DNA of 64,000 nt from Chloroflexota bacterium (GTDB taxonomy: Bacteria; Chloroflexota; Dehalococcoidia; Bin125): positions 80,435-144,434 of the forward strand of contig JAPPJZ010000018.1 of NCBI GenBank assembly GCA_028874365.1. Reading direction: 5' to 3'. This document shows positions 6,343 through 14,928 of the stretch, piece after piece (the stretch's first letter is position 1; each line of letters begins with the position of its first letter). A program made the position numbers and the translations under genes. The notes under the pieces are model-generated. The model had not been told where the DNA came from and did not search any database. It saw nothing but the letters and a program-made list of their open reading frames with translations.

Positions 6343-9144
6343 CTAGAGCCGTTGATTTGAGACAACCGGCTCCGAGGCTAGGAGGCGGCGGAGGGGGCGG
6401 AGGTCGGGGAGGTCGAGGATTTCGGTGAGGCCGTCGTCGAGCCTGCCGCGGGTTGGGCAATCGACCATGGCGGGGAGGCGCTCGAAGCTGGAGTCGGCGA
6501 GTTCGTCGAAGAGGTCGGAAAGGTCTGTGATTTGCTGCTCTGAGAGCTCTCGGACATCGAGGACCGGCATCCGTTCGAGATCGCCCTTCTTCAGTGCGAC
6601 CCAACCTGCTCTGGTGGTCGTGCGGGTGGCCAGAAGGGACAGGATTCCAAGACTGCTGTTCAGCCAGGCCGCTAGTGCCTTGTCGTACTTGCCTTCGGTC
6701 GTCTTAATCTCCCAGAACACGTTTGACAACACGGGTTGCTCAGAACACATTGCCACGACGCGCACCGTGTTCAGCCACATACGCTCGGCCACCAAGAGTT
6801 GTCCAGCCATCTTCCACAAGCGTTGACCGTATCCGGGCTTTTGTCCGCCGCGCGGTTTGGCAAGCTCAGACAAGTAGCGATTCGGCGCGCAGGTCATTGT
6901 GGTGCGGTCGTCGGTCTCATGTCCCTCCACGAGCGGGAAAGCCGTCACCGAGTCGGTACGGTCGAATCCATCAATCAACCTCCGCCGATCTGGTCCCACG
7001 GCCGCAAGATCGGAGAGCGCGGACATCGGGACCTTGCCGTGAGTTGAGATACCCGGTAGCGAAACGTCTCCGTCTTCGGTCAGGCTGAGCGCGATGCGGA
7101 GCACGTCTGCGCGGGCGAACTGGACGCCCGCCCACTTGCGCTCGGTGAATCGCGACATCGGAATCGAGATCGATTCGCCGACGTGTCGGCCGCCAACGGA
7201 GAGCAGTGCCGTGCCGGGTTCTTCGAGCTTCGCCGTTTGTTTACGGGCGATTGCGTCAGCGGCGCGCTGTGCATCGATTACCGCGTCCGGATTGCGCCAG
7301 AGATTGACGTAGGTTGTGCGATGCTCCATGTCGATATCTCCGTCGGATCGCCTAGTAGCGATCAGCAGCATCTCGGAGAGGTCGGTGCTGTCGGAGAACA
7401 TCCAGCGATCGGGGTCGTGTGACGCGATCACCATCTCCAGCTTGAAGTCTCGCTCGATCAACGAGCGGGTCTGTTGCCACGACGAGCCGGTGCAGAGGGT
7501 GACCGGCAACACTAGCGCGAGGCGGCCCTCGCCGAGGCGCAGCTTGGGTGCGGCAGTTGCGACGAACGCCGCGCCCAAGCCTGAGATGGCGGAGCCTCGT
7601 CGCCTCTTGAGACGCCTCGACAGCTCCTGCTGCATCTTGCGACGCTCCGCGGGCGGCTTCATACCAAGCAGCATCATTCCGGGGCGCGTGTAAGGCGGAT
7701 TCATGATCGCCAGGTCGAGTTCGGGCAGACGCACGGTGTGACCCGCTGCCGTCTGAATGCCGCCGCCGGTGACCTGCTCGGACGCAGGCGTCTCGATGCC
7801 GAAAGCCTCGGCTGAGATCGAGTGCTGGACAGGGGCCGAGTCGACGCCGAGGAAGTCGACAGATCCGAGCGAGACGGTGTTGCCTTCGGCCTCCAGAGAC
7901 ATGACATACAGGTTCATGGAGTCGAATTCGATCCGGGGATTGAGCATCGCAAGACTGGTGGCGGCGAAGTGGATCGCGGAGAGTTGCACGTCGTAGCCGT
8001 GCAGCGCCTCTTCGACCAGTTCCTTGTGCAAGAGCGGAGCATTCTGTCCGCCAGCGTTCAGGTGGCGCCGCTCGGCTTCGGAGGCGACCGCCATCAGCAA
8101 CGTTCCGGTCCCGCATGCGAGGTCGGCGACATTGAGGGAAGAGGGAAGCTCGTAGTCGGACCAGTTGAAACCGTTCGGCCAGTCCTCGAAGACCAGGCGG
8201 GCCAGCATCGTCGCGGCGGGGACGGAGGTGTAGTAGGCGCCGGTGAACTTGGCGTCGGTCAACAGCGTGTGGAAGAGGCGGCCGGCGAGGTCGTGTCCCT
8301 CAATGCGATCTGTCTGTCTGACCGCCTTCACGAGCGGATCGATGGCGCCGCGTTGGAGATCGTCCGGGGAGTCGCTAACGATCTCCATGATCTCTATCGC
8401 GATCTCGAACACTGGGACGTAGTCGATCTCACGACAGATGGTGTCCCAAACGTCGCGCAGCTCAGATGCGCTGGCCTTGGCCATCTCACTGGCGGTGGGC
8501 ACGTTCTCGTTGATTGCTGAGAGCCGGTCCTGGAAGGCCAGGGCGTTGAACAGGACGAGACAACCGATGCGCAACGCGGCAGTGCGATCGCTTTCCTTGT
8601 CGGCTTTCGCGATCACGTCGGCGATACGGCGTCCGATGTTGGCGTGCTTGTTGATCGCGGCGGCGGCATCGTGCAGTGCCAGTCGCACGTCTTCGGTCGC
8701 CTGCACAACCAGGTCAGCGCCCTCAATCTGCTGGGGCAGCGTGCGTAGGTCGTCGGCGAGCTGGGTGATTCCTCCGTCTCGCAGGATTGGGTCGCCATAC
8801 ACGTCCTGCCTGGAACTGTGCAGGAACCACTGGAGGTTGAGAGTGTGTTTGAGCTCGTCGTGAATGTCGTCGACGTGCTTGAGGCCGTCGGGGTAGAGGA
8901 CGCCGACGCGGGCGACGGCGTCGGGGAAGTCCTGGACGCGCTGGTCGAGCTGGTCGTCGAGGGCGGGTCGGTTGGATTCCCACTTGCACTCGATGAGGAC
9001 GAGTTCGCCGGTGCGGAGTTCGAAGCGGATGTCGGGGGCGTCGCCTCGGCTGCGGCGTTCCGCGCGGGCCTTGATGCCGCGGGCGCGGAGGAGTTGTCCG
9101 AGGAGTGGGTTGACGGCTTCCTCGCGGGCGGTTTCGGTGGTCAT
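6343..9144 (-). CDS. MmeI-like type IIL/IIG restriction-modification enzyme (N-terminal PD-(D/E)xK nuclease plus N6-adenine methyltransferase plus target-recognition domain)
   Basis: N-terminal APDIRFEL..VLIECK (PD...ExK). MTase motif I VADLACGTGTLLMAV and motif IV MNPPYTR. About 930 aa single polypeptide. Start set at MTTETAREE (ATG 9142-9144); the ORF-track upstream extension is Pro/Arg-rich. Confidence 0.7.
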   Translation of the reverse strand: MTTETAREEAVNPLLGQLLRARGIKARAERRSRGDAPDIRFELRTGELVLIECKWESNRPALDDQLDQRVQDFPDAVARVGVLYPDGLKHVDDIHDELKHTLNLQWFLHSSRQDVYGDPILRDGGITQLADDLRTLPQQIEGADLVVQATEDVRLALHDAAAAINKHANIGRRIADVIAKADKESDRTAALRIGCLVLFNALAFQDRLSAINENVPTASEMAKASASELRDVWDTICREIDYVPVFEIAIEIMEIVSDSPDDLQRGAIDPLVKAVRQTDRIEGHDLAGRLFHTLLTDAKFTGAYYTSVPAATMLARLVFEDWPNGFNWSDYELPSSLNVADLACGTGTLLMAVASEAERRHLNAGGQNAPLLHKELVEEALHGYDVQLSAIHFAATSLAMLNPRIEFDSMNLYVMSLEAEGNTVSLGSVDFLGVDSAPVQHSISAEAFGIETPASEQVTGGGIQTAAGHTVRLPELDLAIMNPPYTRPGMMLLGMKPPAERRKMQQELSRRLKRRRGSAISGLGAAFVATAAPKLRLGEGRLALVLPVTLCTGSSWQQTRSLIERDFKLEMVIASHDPDRWMFSDSTDLSEMLLIATRRSDGDIDMEHRTTYVNLWRNPDAVIDAQRAADAIARKQTAKLEEPGTALLSVGGRHVGESISIPMSRFTERKWAGVQFARADVLRIALSLTEDGDVSLPGISTHGKVPMSALSDLAAVGPDRRRLIDGFDRTDSVTAFPLVEGHETDDRTTMTCAPNRYLSELAKPRGGQKPGYGQRLWKMAGQLLVAERMWLNTVRVVAMCSEQPVLSNVFWEIKTTEGKYDKALAAWLNSSLGILSLLATRTTTRAGWVALKKGDLERMPVLDVRELSEQQITDLSDLFDELADSSFERLPAMVDCPTRGRLDDGLTEILDLPDLRPLRRLLASEPVVSNQRL

Positions 9145-9170
9145 GGGTTCGATTGTCGCATAGGTGGGGA

Positions 9171-9240
9171 GTGCCCCCCTCTGCCTTCGGCATCTCCCCC
9201 CGCCTGACGGCGGGGGGAGAGGGGACCGGAGGGCAGGTCC
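9171..9240. repeat. GC-rich hairpin repeat, family 2 copy C
   Basis: gcccccctctgccttcggcaTCTCCCCCCGCCtgacGGCGGGGGGAGAgggg with a perfect 12-bp stem. Lies at the right edge of the low-GC island. Confidence 0.5.
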
Positions 9241-9521
9241 CCGATCGAGTCGGGGAACCGGGAGTGTGGCGATTGGGGTCTGGGCCCCGCATCGAGTGCG
9301 GGGCATCGGGCTATTGCTGCCCAGGAGCCCCCCCTCTGTCTCTACGAAACATCTCCCAGTCGGCCGGTTGAATCATTCCCGACCGTGTGTACCGCCTGAC
9401 ACTGCGTTCCAGCCTCGGCCCCACCCGACTCGAGCCTCGATACAATGAGAACATCTGCGCGACTCAGTTCGGGAAAGCCAGGCTTCGATGCCGCGAAAAC
9501 ATCCAGACCTCGACCGAGACA

Positions 9522-9551
9522 CACCCGGAATCACCCGGAATCACCCGGATC
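9522..9551. repeat. tandem direct repeat of a 10-nt unit cacccggaat (2 perfect copies plus 1 variant)
   Basis: cacccggaat cacccggaat cacccggatc in the low-GC intergenic region. Confidence 0.6.
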
Positions 9552-9594
9552 GTTCGAGACGGAGACGCAAATGAACGGGACTGGTCCGGACTCT

Positions 9595-9624
9595 TCTGGA
9601 CAAATCTGGACAAATCTGGACACA
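9595..9624. repeat. tandem direct repeat of a 10-nt unit tctggacaaa (2 perfect copies plus 1 variant)
   Basis: tctggacaaa tctggacaaa tctggacaca. ggcccgaatt is also repeated at about 9629 and about 9673. Confidence 0.6.
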
Positions 9625-9724
9625 AACGGCCCGAATTGCCAGTCCAGGACGCCAAATTGACCAAAACTGGCCCGAATTCACCGCACAAGCTGGTCAGATC
9701 GCTCTCGCCGGCCGTGAAGGGCGA

Positions 9725-11398
9725 CTAATCGCAGCAGGCGTCGTCGAGGTCGAGGCGGCAGAAGCAGGAGGATTGGATTTCGGTGTCGGCTCGGGCCTGG
9801 GCGAGGGTGAGGCGTTGGCGGGCGACGTTGGCGAGGTGGGGTTGGTTGGTTCGCTCGAGGCATTCGGTGTAGCCGGCGAGGGCCCAGACGTTGTCGAGGT
9901 GTTGGCGGGGTCGGCCGACGTTGGCGTCGTAGCCGAGGTCGGCCTGGTAGACGGCGAGGGCTTCCTCGACGCGGTCCTGCTCGAGCAGCAGGGCTCCGAG
10001 GGCGTGACGGACGGGCTGCATCCAGCCCCAGGGCTCGTCGTAGTGGAGGTGGTCGTCGAGTTCGACGGCGTGGCGCAGGTGGGCGAAGGCGGCGTCGAAG
10101 TCGCCCTGTCGGTAGGCGATTTCGCCGCGCATCATCTCCTGGGCGATGGCGAGGATGTCGCGGCAGGGGTTGTTGAACTGATAGCGCGTGTCGGGCACGA
10201 GGTCGTAGGCGCGATCGAACTCCTGGGCCTCGGCCACGGCGTCGTCGGTGCGGCCGAGCGTGGCCAGGGCGATGGCTCGGGCGTAGCGCATCACCGCGGT
10301 GGTGACGCAATAGAGCTCGCGGTCTTCCGGCAGTTCCTGCTCGAGGATTTCTTCCCACTTGCCGAAGCGGACGAGAACGTGCTGGTCGATGGGGATGAAC
10401 GCTTCGAGCCAGTCGGCCATGTTGGGCGACTCCATCTTGAGCAGCTCTTCGGGGATGGCGGCTTGCAGGGCGCGGGCGGTCTCGATGGCGGGTTGGAACT
10501 GACCGAGGAACATCGCGCCGTAGATCTTGAAGTGGTAGTTGTGGGCGCGGTACATCGTGTAGAAGTTGAACGGTCCGCGGGCCTCGAGGTAGGGTCGGTC
10601 GGCCTGGATGGCGCGCTCGTTCCAGTTGACGACGTTGAGGTAGTCGCCGCAGAGCACGTCGATGTGGGTCGCCATGTGCTGCAGGTGTCCGGAGTGGGGT
10701 GCGATCCCGCGGAGCTGGTCGGCGGCGCGCAGGGCCTGCTCGGGGAAGGGCGACATCTCCATGAGGTGGATGTACATGTGCAGAATGCCGGGATGGGGCG
10801 GCTCGGCGCAGTGGTCGATGTGGGCCATGGCGTCTTCGAGCACGGCACGGGCCTCGACGGTGTCGGCGCCGTCGGCGGGTTCTCCTGAGTCGAGATTCCA
10901 GAGCGACCAGGGCGTGCGGTTCATCACTGCTTCGGCGAAAAGCGAGGCGATGTCGAGGTCGTCGGAGTGGTCGCGGTAGACGTCGCGCATGGCGTCGGCG
11001 TAGTCGTCGACCCAGGGCATCATGTCTTCGAGCGGTTCGGTCTGCGGGTAGCGGCTCTGCAGGGCTGCGATCAGGTCGCGTTCGGCGGCTGTGCAGTTGT
11101 CGGACAGGGAGACGGCCAGGTTGGCCTCGTCGTGGGCGGTGGTCAGCGCTGTCGCGACTTCCTTACGGCCGAAGGCTTCCCAGGGCTTGTTGTAGTTGGG
11201 ACCGATCGCATAAGCGATGCCCCAGTGGGCCATGGCGCAGTCGGGATCGGCCTGGACGGCCTGTCGGAAGCAGTGGACAGCCTCGTCGTGGTTGAAGCCG
11301 TAGGTCCAGATGAGGCCGCGGTCGAACCAGAGTTGCGCGTCGGGGGAGGATGTGGTGATGGGTCGGCTGTGGGAGCCGAGGTCGAAGTCGTAGGTCAT
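9725..11398 (-). CDS. tetratricopeptide-repeat (TPR-like) protein, function unknown
   Basis: 557 aa with a helical-repeat pattern (AMAHWGIAYA..., repeated A..Y/W..G/A helices). No catalytic motifs recognised. Confidence 0.55.
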   Translation of the reverse strand: MTYDFDLGSHSRPITTSSPDAQLWFDRGLIWTYGFNHDEAVHCFRQAVQADPDCAMAHWGIAYAIGPNYNKPWEAFGRKEVATALTTAHDEANLAVSLSDNCTAAERDLIAALQSRYPQTEPLEDMMPWVDDYADAMRDVYRDHSDDLDIASLFAEAVMNRTPWSLWNLDSGEPADGADTVEARAVLEDAMAHIDHCAEPPHPGILHMYIHLMEMSPFPEQALRAADQLRGIAPHSGHLQHMATHIDVLCGDYLNVVNWNERAIQADRPYLEARGPFNFYTMYRAHNYHFKIYGAMFLGQFQPAIETARALQAAIPEELLKMESPNMADWLEAFIPIDQHVLVRFGKWEEILEQELPEDRELYCVTTAVMRYARAIALATLGRTDDAVAEAQEFDRAYDLVPDTRYQFNNPCRDILAIAQEMMRGEIAYRQGDFDAAFAHLRHAVELDDHLHYDEPWGWMQPVRHALGALLLEQDRVEEALAVYQADLGYDANVGRPRQHLDNVWALAGYTECLERTNQPHLANVARQRLTLAQARADTEIQSSCFCRLDLDDACCD

Positions 11399-11525
11399 TG
11401 AGCCAGATCTCTTCCGTCGAAGCGCGAGTGTGCAGTTCTCCGAATCGTAAAGTGCGAGGGATCAGCGCCGCACCGGCGCAAACACGGTAGCCAGCTCTTG
11501 ATATCCTGCGTCTCTGGAGGTCGCG

Positions 11526-11819
11526 ATGACCCTGCAGTTCAAGGCGGAGATCTACGAGGAAGCCGGTGGGTACGCATCCGTATGTCCGGAGTTGGTCATC
11601 GCCAGTTGCGGGGACACGATCGATGAGGCGCGAGCGATGCTGATCGAGGCGATCGAGTTGACCCTGGAGGATATGTCTGCCGAGGAGTACGAGTTCCGAG
11701 TCAGCGGCGAGATGTCGGCGAGCAGCGACATCGACGACGAGGAGTTGGTCGACTCGATACTGGTCGAGACAAGTGTCATAGACGTGGATGTCGAGTTGCC
11801 GTTCGCACCGGCTCGCTAG
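11526..11819 (+). CDS. orphan HicB-like antitoxin (UPF0150 family)
   Basis: MTLQFKAEIYEEAGGYASVCPEL...GDTIDEARAMLIEAIELTLEDM matches the HicB N-terminal domain. No adjacent hicA. Confidence 0.5.
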   Translation: MTLQFKAEIYEEAGGYASVCPELVIASCGDTIDEARAMLIEAIELTLEDMSAEEYEFRVSGEMSASSDIDDEELVDSILVETSVIDVDVELPFAPAR

Positions 11820-12050
11820 CGGTGCGCGTACTGACGGCTCGGCAAGTCAACCGGATCCTGGAATGACAGGGATTCGTTCAGACCCGGCAACGCGGGAGTC
11901 ACCGCTGCTACCGGGGTGTTGTTGGCGGTCGCACCCGACTCGTCACGGTTGCACAGCACCGCGACATCCCTCCAGACACACTCAGAACGATCATCAAACA
12001 ATCCGGTCTCCCGAGCGACCTCTTCCGTTAGGCCGCATATCCTCCCTTTC

Positions 12051-13235
12051 ATGACTACCAACCACCTCCGACCGCCGCTCGACGGCGTCCTCGTGATTAA
12101 TGCCGGGCAGATTCTGGCGGCTCCGTTCTGTGCGACGATTCTGGCCGAGTTTGGGGCGGATGTGATCAAGGTTGAGCGGCCGGGGTCGGGCGAGCCGAAC
12201 CATGGGACGATTTCGTACGTGCAGGAGAATCGGTCGCAGCGCGGCGTGACCTGCAACCTGGCGGACGCTCGGGGCAAGGAGCTGTTTCGCGGGCTTTGCG
12301 AGCGGGCCGATGTGCTGATCGAGAACTTTCGGCCTGGGACGCTGGAGAAGATGGAGCTGGCGCCGGACTCGCTGCGTGAGCTCAATCCCGGGCTGGTTGT
12401 GACGCGGGTCTCGGGCTACGGACAGACGGGTCCGTACCGTGAGCGTGCGGGATTTGACCGGGTGGCGCTCGGTTTCGCGGGGATGACCTATGCGACCGGT
12501 TGGGCCGACGGTCCGCCGGTGCGGCCGGGCTATATGGTCGCCGACTACAGCGCGGGACTGACCGCTGCGATGGGCACGATGATGGCGCTGCGCGCTCGCG
12601 ACGTAAACGGCGGGGTCGGGCAGGACGTTGACGTGGCGCTCTACGAGGCGATCTGGAAGCAGTCGGGGACTCATGCTTCGCAGTTTTTCAGGACGAACGA
12701 GAACCGCGAGCGGACAGGCAACTACTGGCCCGGCGTCGTGCCGGCGGAGCAGTGGCAGACGGCGGACGGGCATCACCTGATCATCAACGCGACCACGCAG
12801 GGCACCTTCGTGCGCCTGACGGAGGCGATGCAGCGACCTGAGCTGCTCAAGGATCCACGCTTCGAGGATCAACGAGATCGGCGCAGGAACTACGAGGCGA
12901 TTCATGAGATCGTCGGTGAATGGATCGGCACGCTGACGTTGGAGCAAGTTCAGAGGCTGCTCGACGAGCACGGCGTGCCGGCGACGAAGGTGTACGCGAC
13001 GTCCGACGTGATGTCGGACGAGCACTACGTCGCTCGCGAGCAGATCGTTGACGTGCCTTCGGAGCAGCACGGGATATTGCCCCAGCCTGGCGTCGTGCCG
13101 CGGCTCTCAAAGACGCCGGGCAAGGTGAAGCATCGGGCGCCAACGCTGGGTGAACACAACCAGGAGATCTACGGCGGGATGCTCGGGATCAGCGATGATG
13201 AGCTGGAAGAACTCTCGGCGGACGGAGTGATCTGA
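12051..13235 (+). CDS. family III CoA-transferase (CaiB/BaiF)
   Basis: LDGVLVINAGQILAAPFCATILAEFGADVIKVERPG, then GYGQTGPY and GDVDAG-like core; about 395 aa. The ORF-track start at 11916 is an upstream extension. Confidence 0.8.
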   Translation: MTTNHLRPPLDGVLVINAGQILAAPFCATILAEFGADVIKVERPGSGEPNHGTISYVQENRSQRGVTCNLADARGKELFRGLCERADVLIENFRPGTLEKMELAPDSLRELNPGLVVTRVSGYGQTGPYRERAGFDRVALGFAGMTYATGWADGPPVRPGYMVADYSAGLTAAMGTMMALRARDVNGGVGQDVDVALYEAIWKQSGTHASQFFRTNENRERTGNYWPGVVPAEQWQTADGHHLIINATTQGTFVRLTEAMQRPELLKDPRFEDQRDRRRNYEAIHEIVGEWIGTLTLEQVQRLLDEHGVPATKVYATSDVMSDEHYVAREQIVDVPSEQHGILPQPGVVPRLSKTPGKVKHRAPTLGEHNQEIYGGMLGISDDELEELSADGVI

Positions 13236-14011
13236 TGCCGGGCACGGTGAGTTCGAGCGAGTTCAAGAGCGATTTGGATGAGCTAATCGCCCTAGGGGCG
13301 GCAATGTCCGACGACATTTTCTACAGAGGGCTTGATGAGCTCAACGAAAAAGAAGCCGGTAGATTCGAACAAGTAAAGGATTCCTTCGAGAGGGACTACC
13401 AGAACTGGTACACGGAGGCATCAGCGTTACTTGGTCAATTGCTTCCTGATCGGCTTGCGGAGTTTACGAACTTGTATCTGCCAGATTCACAACGGAAGGC
13501 ACTAAACGCCCAAACGTATAGGATTCAAGATTGGCTAGTCGGAGTCCGGCACCGTGGAACCCTCGACGAGCTCGCAGTTGTATCCCACCTGCTTGATACC
13601 CAGGTGGGCATCCTGAGGTCAGTTGAACGCAGATTCGAAAGTGCGCTCTTCGACATCAGGACCCTCGTTCAAGCTGACCTCTTCGACACTGAGTTGGAGA
13701 CTGCCAAGGAACTCCTTAACCGGGGATTTGTGCGCGCGGCTGGGGCGGTTGCTGGTGTCGTTCTTGAACGACACCTCTCCCAGGTGGCCGACAATCACAA
13801 GGTGAAGACTCGAAAGAAGCACCCGACAATCAACGACCTCAACGACCTTCTCAAGAGCAACAGCGTGGTCGACCTTCCCTCGTGGCGTCACATCCAAAGA
13901 CTTGGTGATCTTCGCAATCTGTGTGCGCACAACAAAGACGTAGAGCCGTCGTCTCAGCAAGTGGAAGAGTTGATCGATGGGGTAGACAAGTTCGCGAAGA
14001 CGCTGTTCTAG
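13235..14011 (+). CDS. hypothetical protein with a C-terminal HEPN-like Rx4H motif (LRNLCAHN); possible abortive-infection or RNase-like defence protein
   Basis: About 50% GC against about 67% in the flanks. Helical N-terminal part. Rx4H (R-NLCA-H) near the C-terminus. Start overlaps the upstream stop (TGATG). Confidence 0.4.
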   Translation: MPGTVSSSEFKSDLDELIALGAAMSDDIFYRGLDELNEKEAGRFEQVKDSFERDYQNWYTEASALLGQLLPDRLAEFTNLYLPDSQRKALNAQTYRIQDWLVGVRHRGTLDELAVVSHLLDTQVGILRSVERRFESALFDIRTLVQADLFDTELETAKELLNRGFVRAAGAVAGVVLERHLSQVADNHKVKTRKKHPTINDLNDLLKSNSVVDLPSWRHIQRLGDLRNLCAHNKDVEPSSQQVEELIDGVDKFAKTLF

Positions 14012-14039
14012 ACTTTAGTCTACTGACGGGTCCGACGTA

Positions 14040-14918
14040 ATGGATCCGCGAATCCGGTCAGGCACGCTCCCGAGCAGGATTGTCAATGAAAGGACGAGTT
14101 GCATGGCCGCGGCAAGCGTTGAACGCACGATTACGGCCTTTCTTGATGGCGACGACTCGTTGGAGATTGGCAACATTATCCATTCGACCGCCGGTGCGGC
14201 GCGCTATGGCTATAGCGGACCGCTCGTCGGCGGGACGACGGTGTACTCCTGGTCGGCGGGGGCGCTGGTCGAGGCGCTGGGTGAGGATTGGCTTGATGAG
14301 GGATGGGTCGAGTTTCAGCTTCGCAAGCCCGTCTATCCGGATGAGGTGATTACGACGCGGGTGACAGGTAGCGGCGGCGACGTCGAGTTCACGATGACCA
14401 AACACACCGGCGATGTTGCGGTTCGCGGCACGGCCGGACTCGGGGTCGCGGGTTTCCTGACGGAGATCTCGAGGGCGAGCGATCGCACGCCGCAACCTGC
14501 CCCGACAGAGCGGCCGTTCATTACTCGAGCGGTTGCGCCGCTCGGCGAGGACTTGCCAGCGATGGCGATCGACCTGAGCGCCGCCGATGCCGGTTGGTAC
14601 GCCGATCAGAAGGCGCGTGACTTCCACCCTCTCTGGCACGGGGCCGGGTGCCGCGTCCACCCAGGCTGGATTGCGCAACGAGCCAACGCGTTGCTCGCGC
14701 ACACGTGGCGCTACACAGCGATCCACGCGTCGAGCCAGATTCAGCACCTGGCGGCGGTGCATGCCGACCAGAGGCTGCTGGTCAGCGGACGGCTTGAGTC
14801 CGGTTACGAACGCAAGGGTCACGAGTACGCAGTGATCGACCTCACCATCACCTCGGAGGACGGCCGCGACCTCGTGGTGATGCGTCAACCAACGATCTAC
14901 CAGGTCGGAGCGCGGTAA
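14040..14918 (+). CDS. MaoC-like double hotdog-fold dehydratase/hydratase
   Basis: N- and C-terminal hotdog halves. Paralogous to the next gene. The true start may be the internal Met at 14102 (MAAASVERTITAFLDG). Confidence 0.6.
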   Translation: MDPRIRSGTLPSRIVNERTSCMAAASVERTITAFLDGDDSLEIGNIIHSTAGAARYGYSGPLVGGTTVYSWSAGALVEALGEDWLDEGWVEFQLRKPVYPDEVITTRVTGSGGDVEFTMTKHTGDVAVRGTAGLGVAGFLTEISRASDRTPQPAPTERPFITRAVAPLGEDLPAMAIDLSAADAGWYADQKARDFHPLWHGAGCRVHPGWIAQRANALLAHTWRYTAIHASSQIQHLAAVHADQRLLVSGRLESGYERKGHEYAVIDLTITSEDGRDLVVMRQPTIYQVGAR

Positions 14919-14928
14919 GGAGCTAACC

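Noticed and set aside
9522-9624. CRISPR array
   Set aside because: Only 3 copies of 10-nt units with no spacers of regular length and no cas genes. These are simple tandem repeats.
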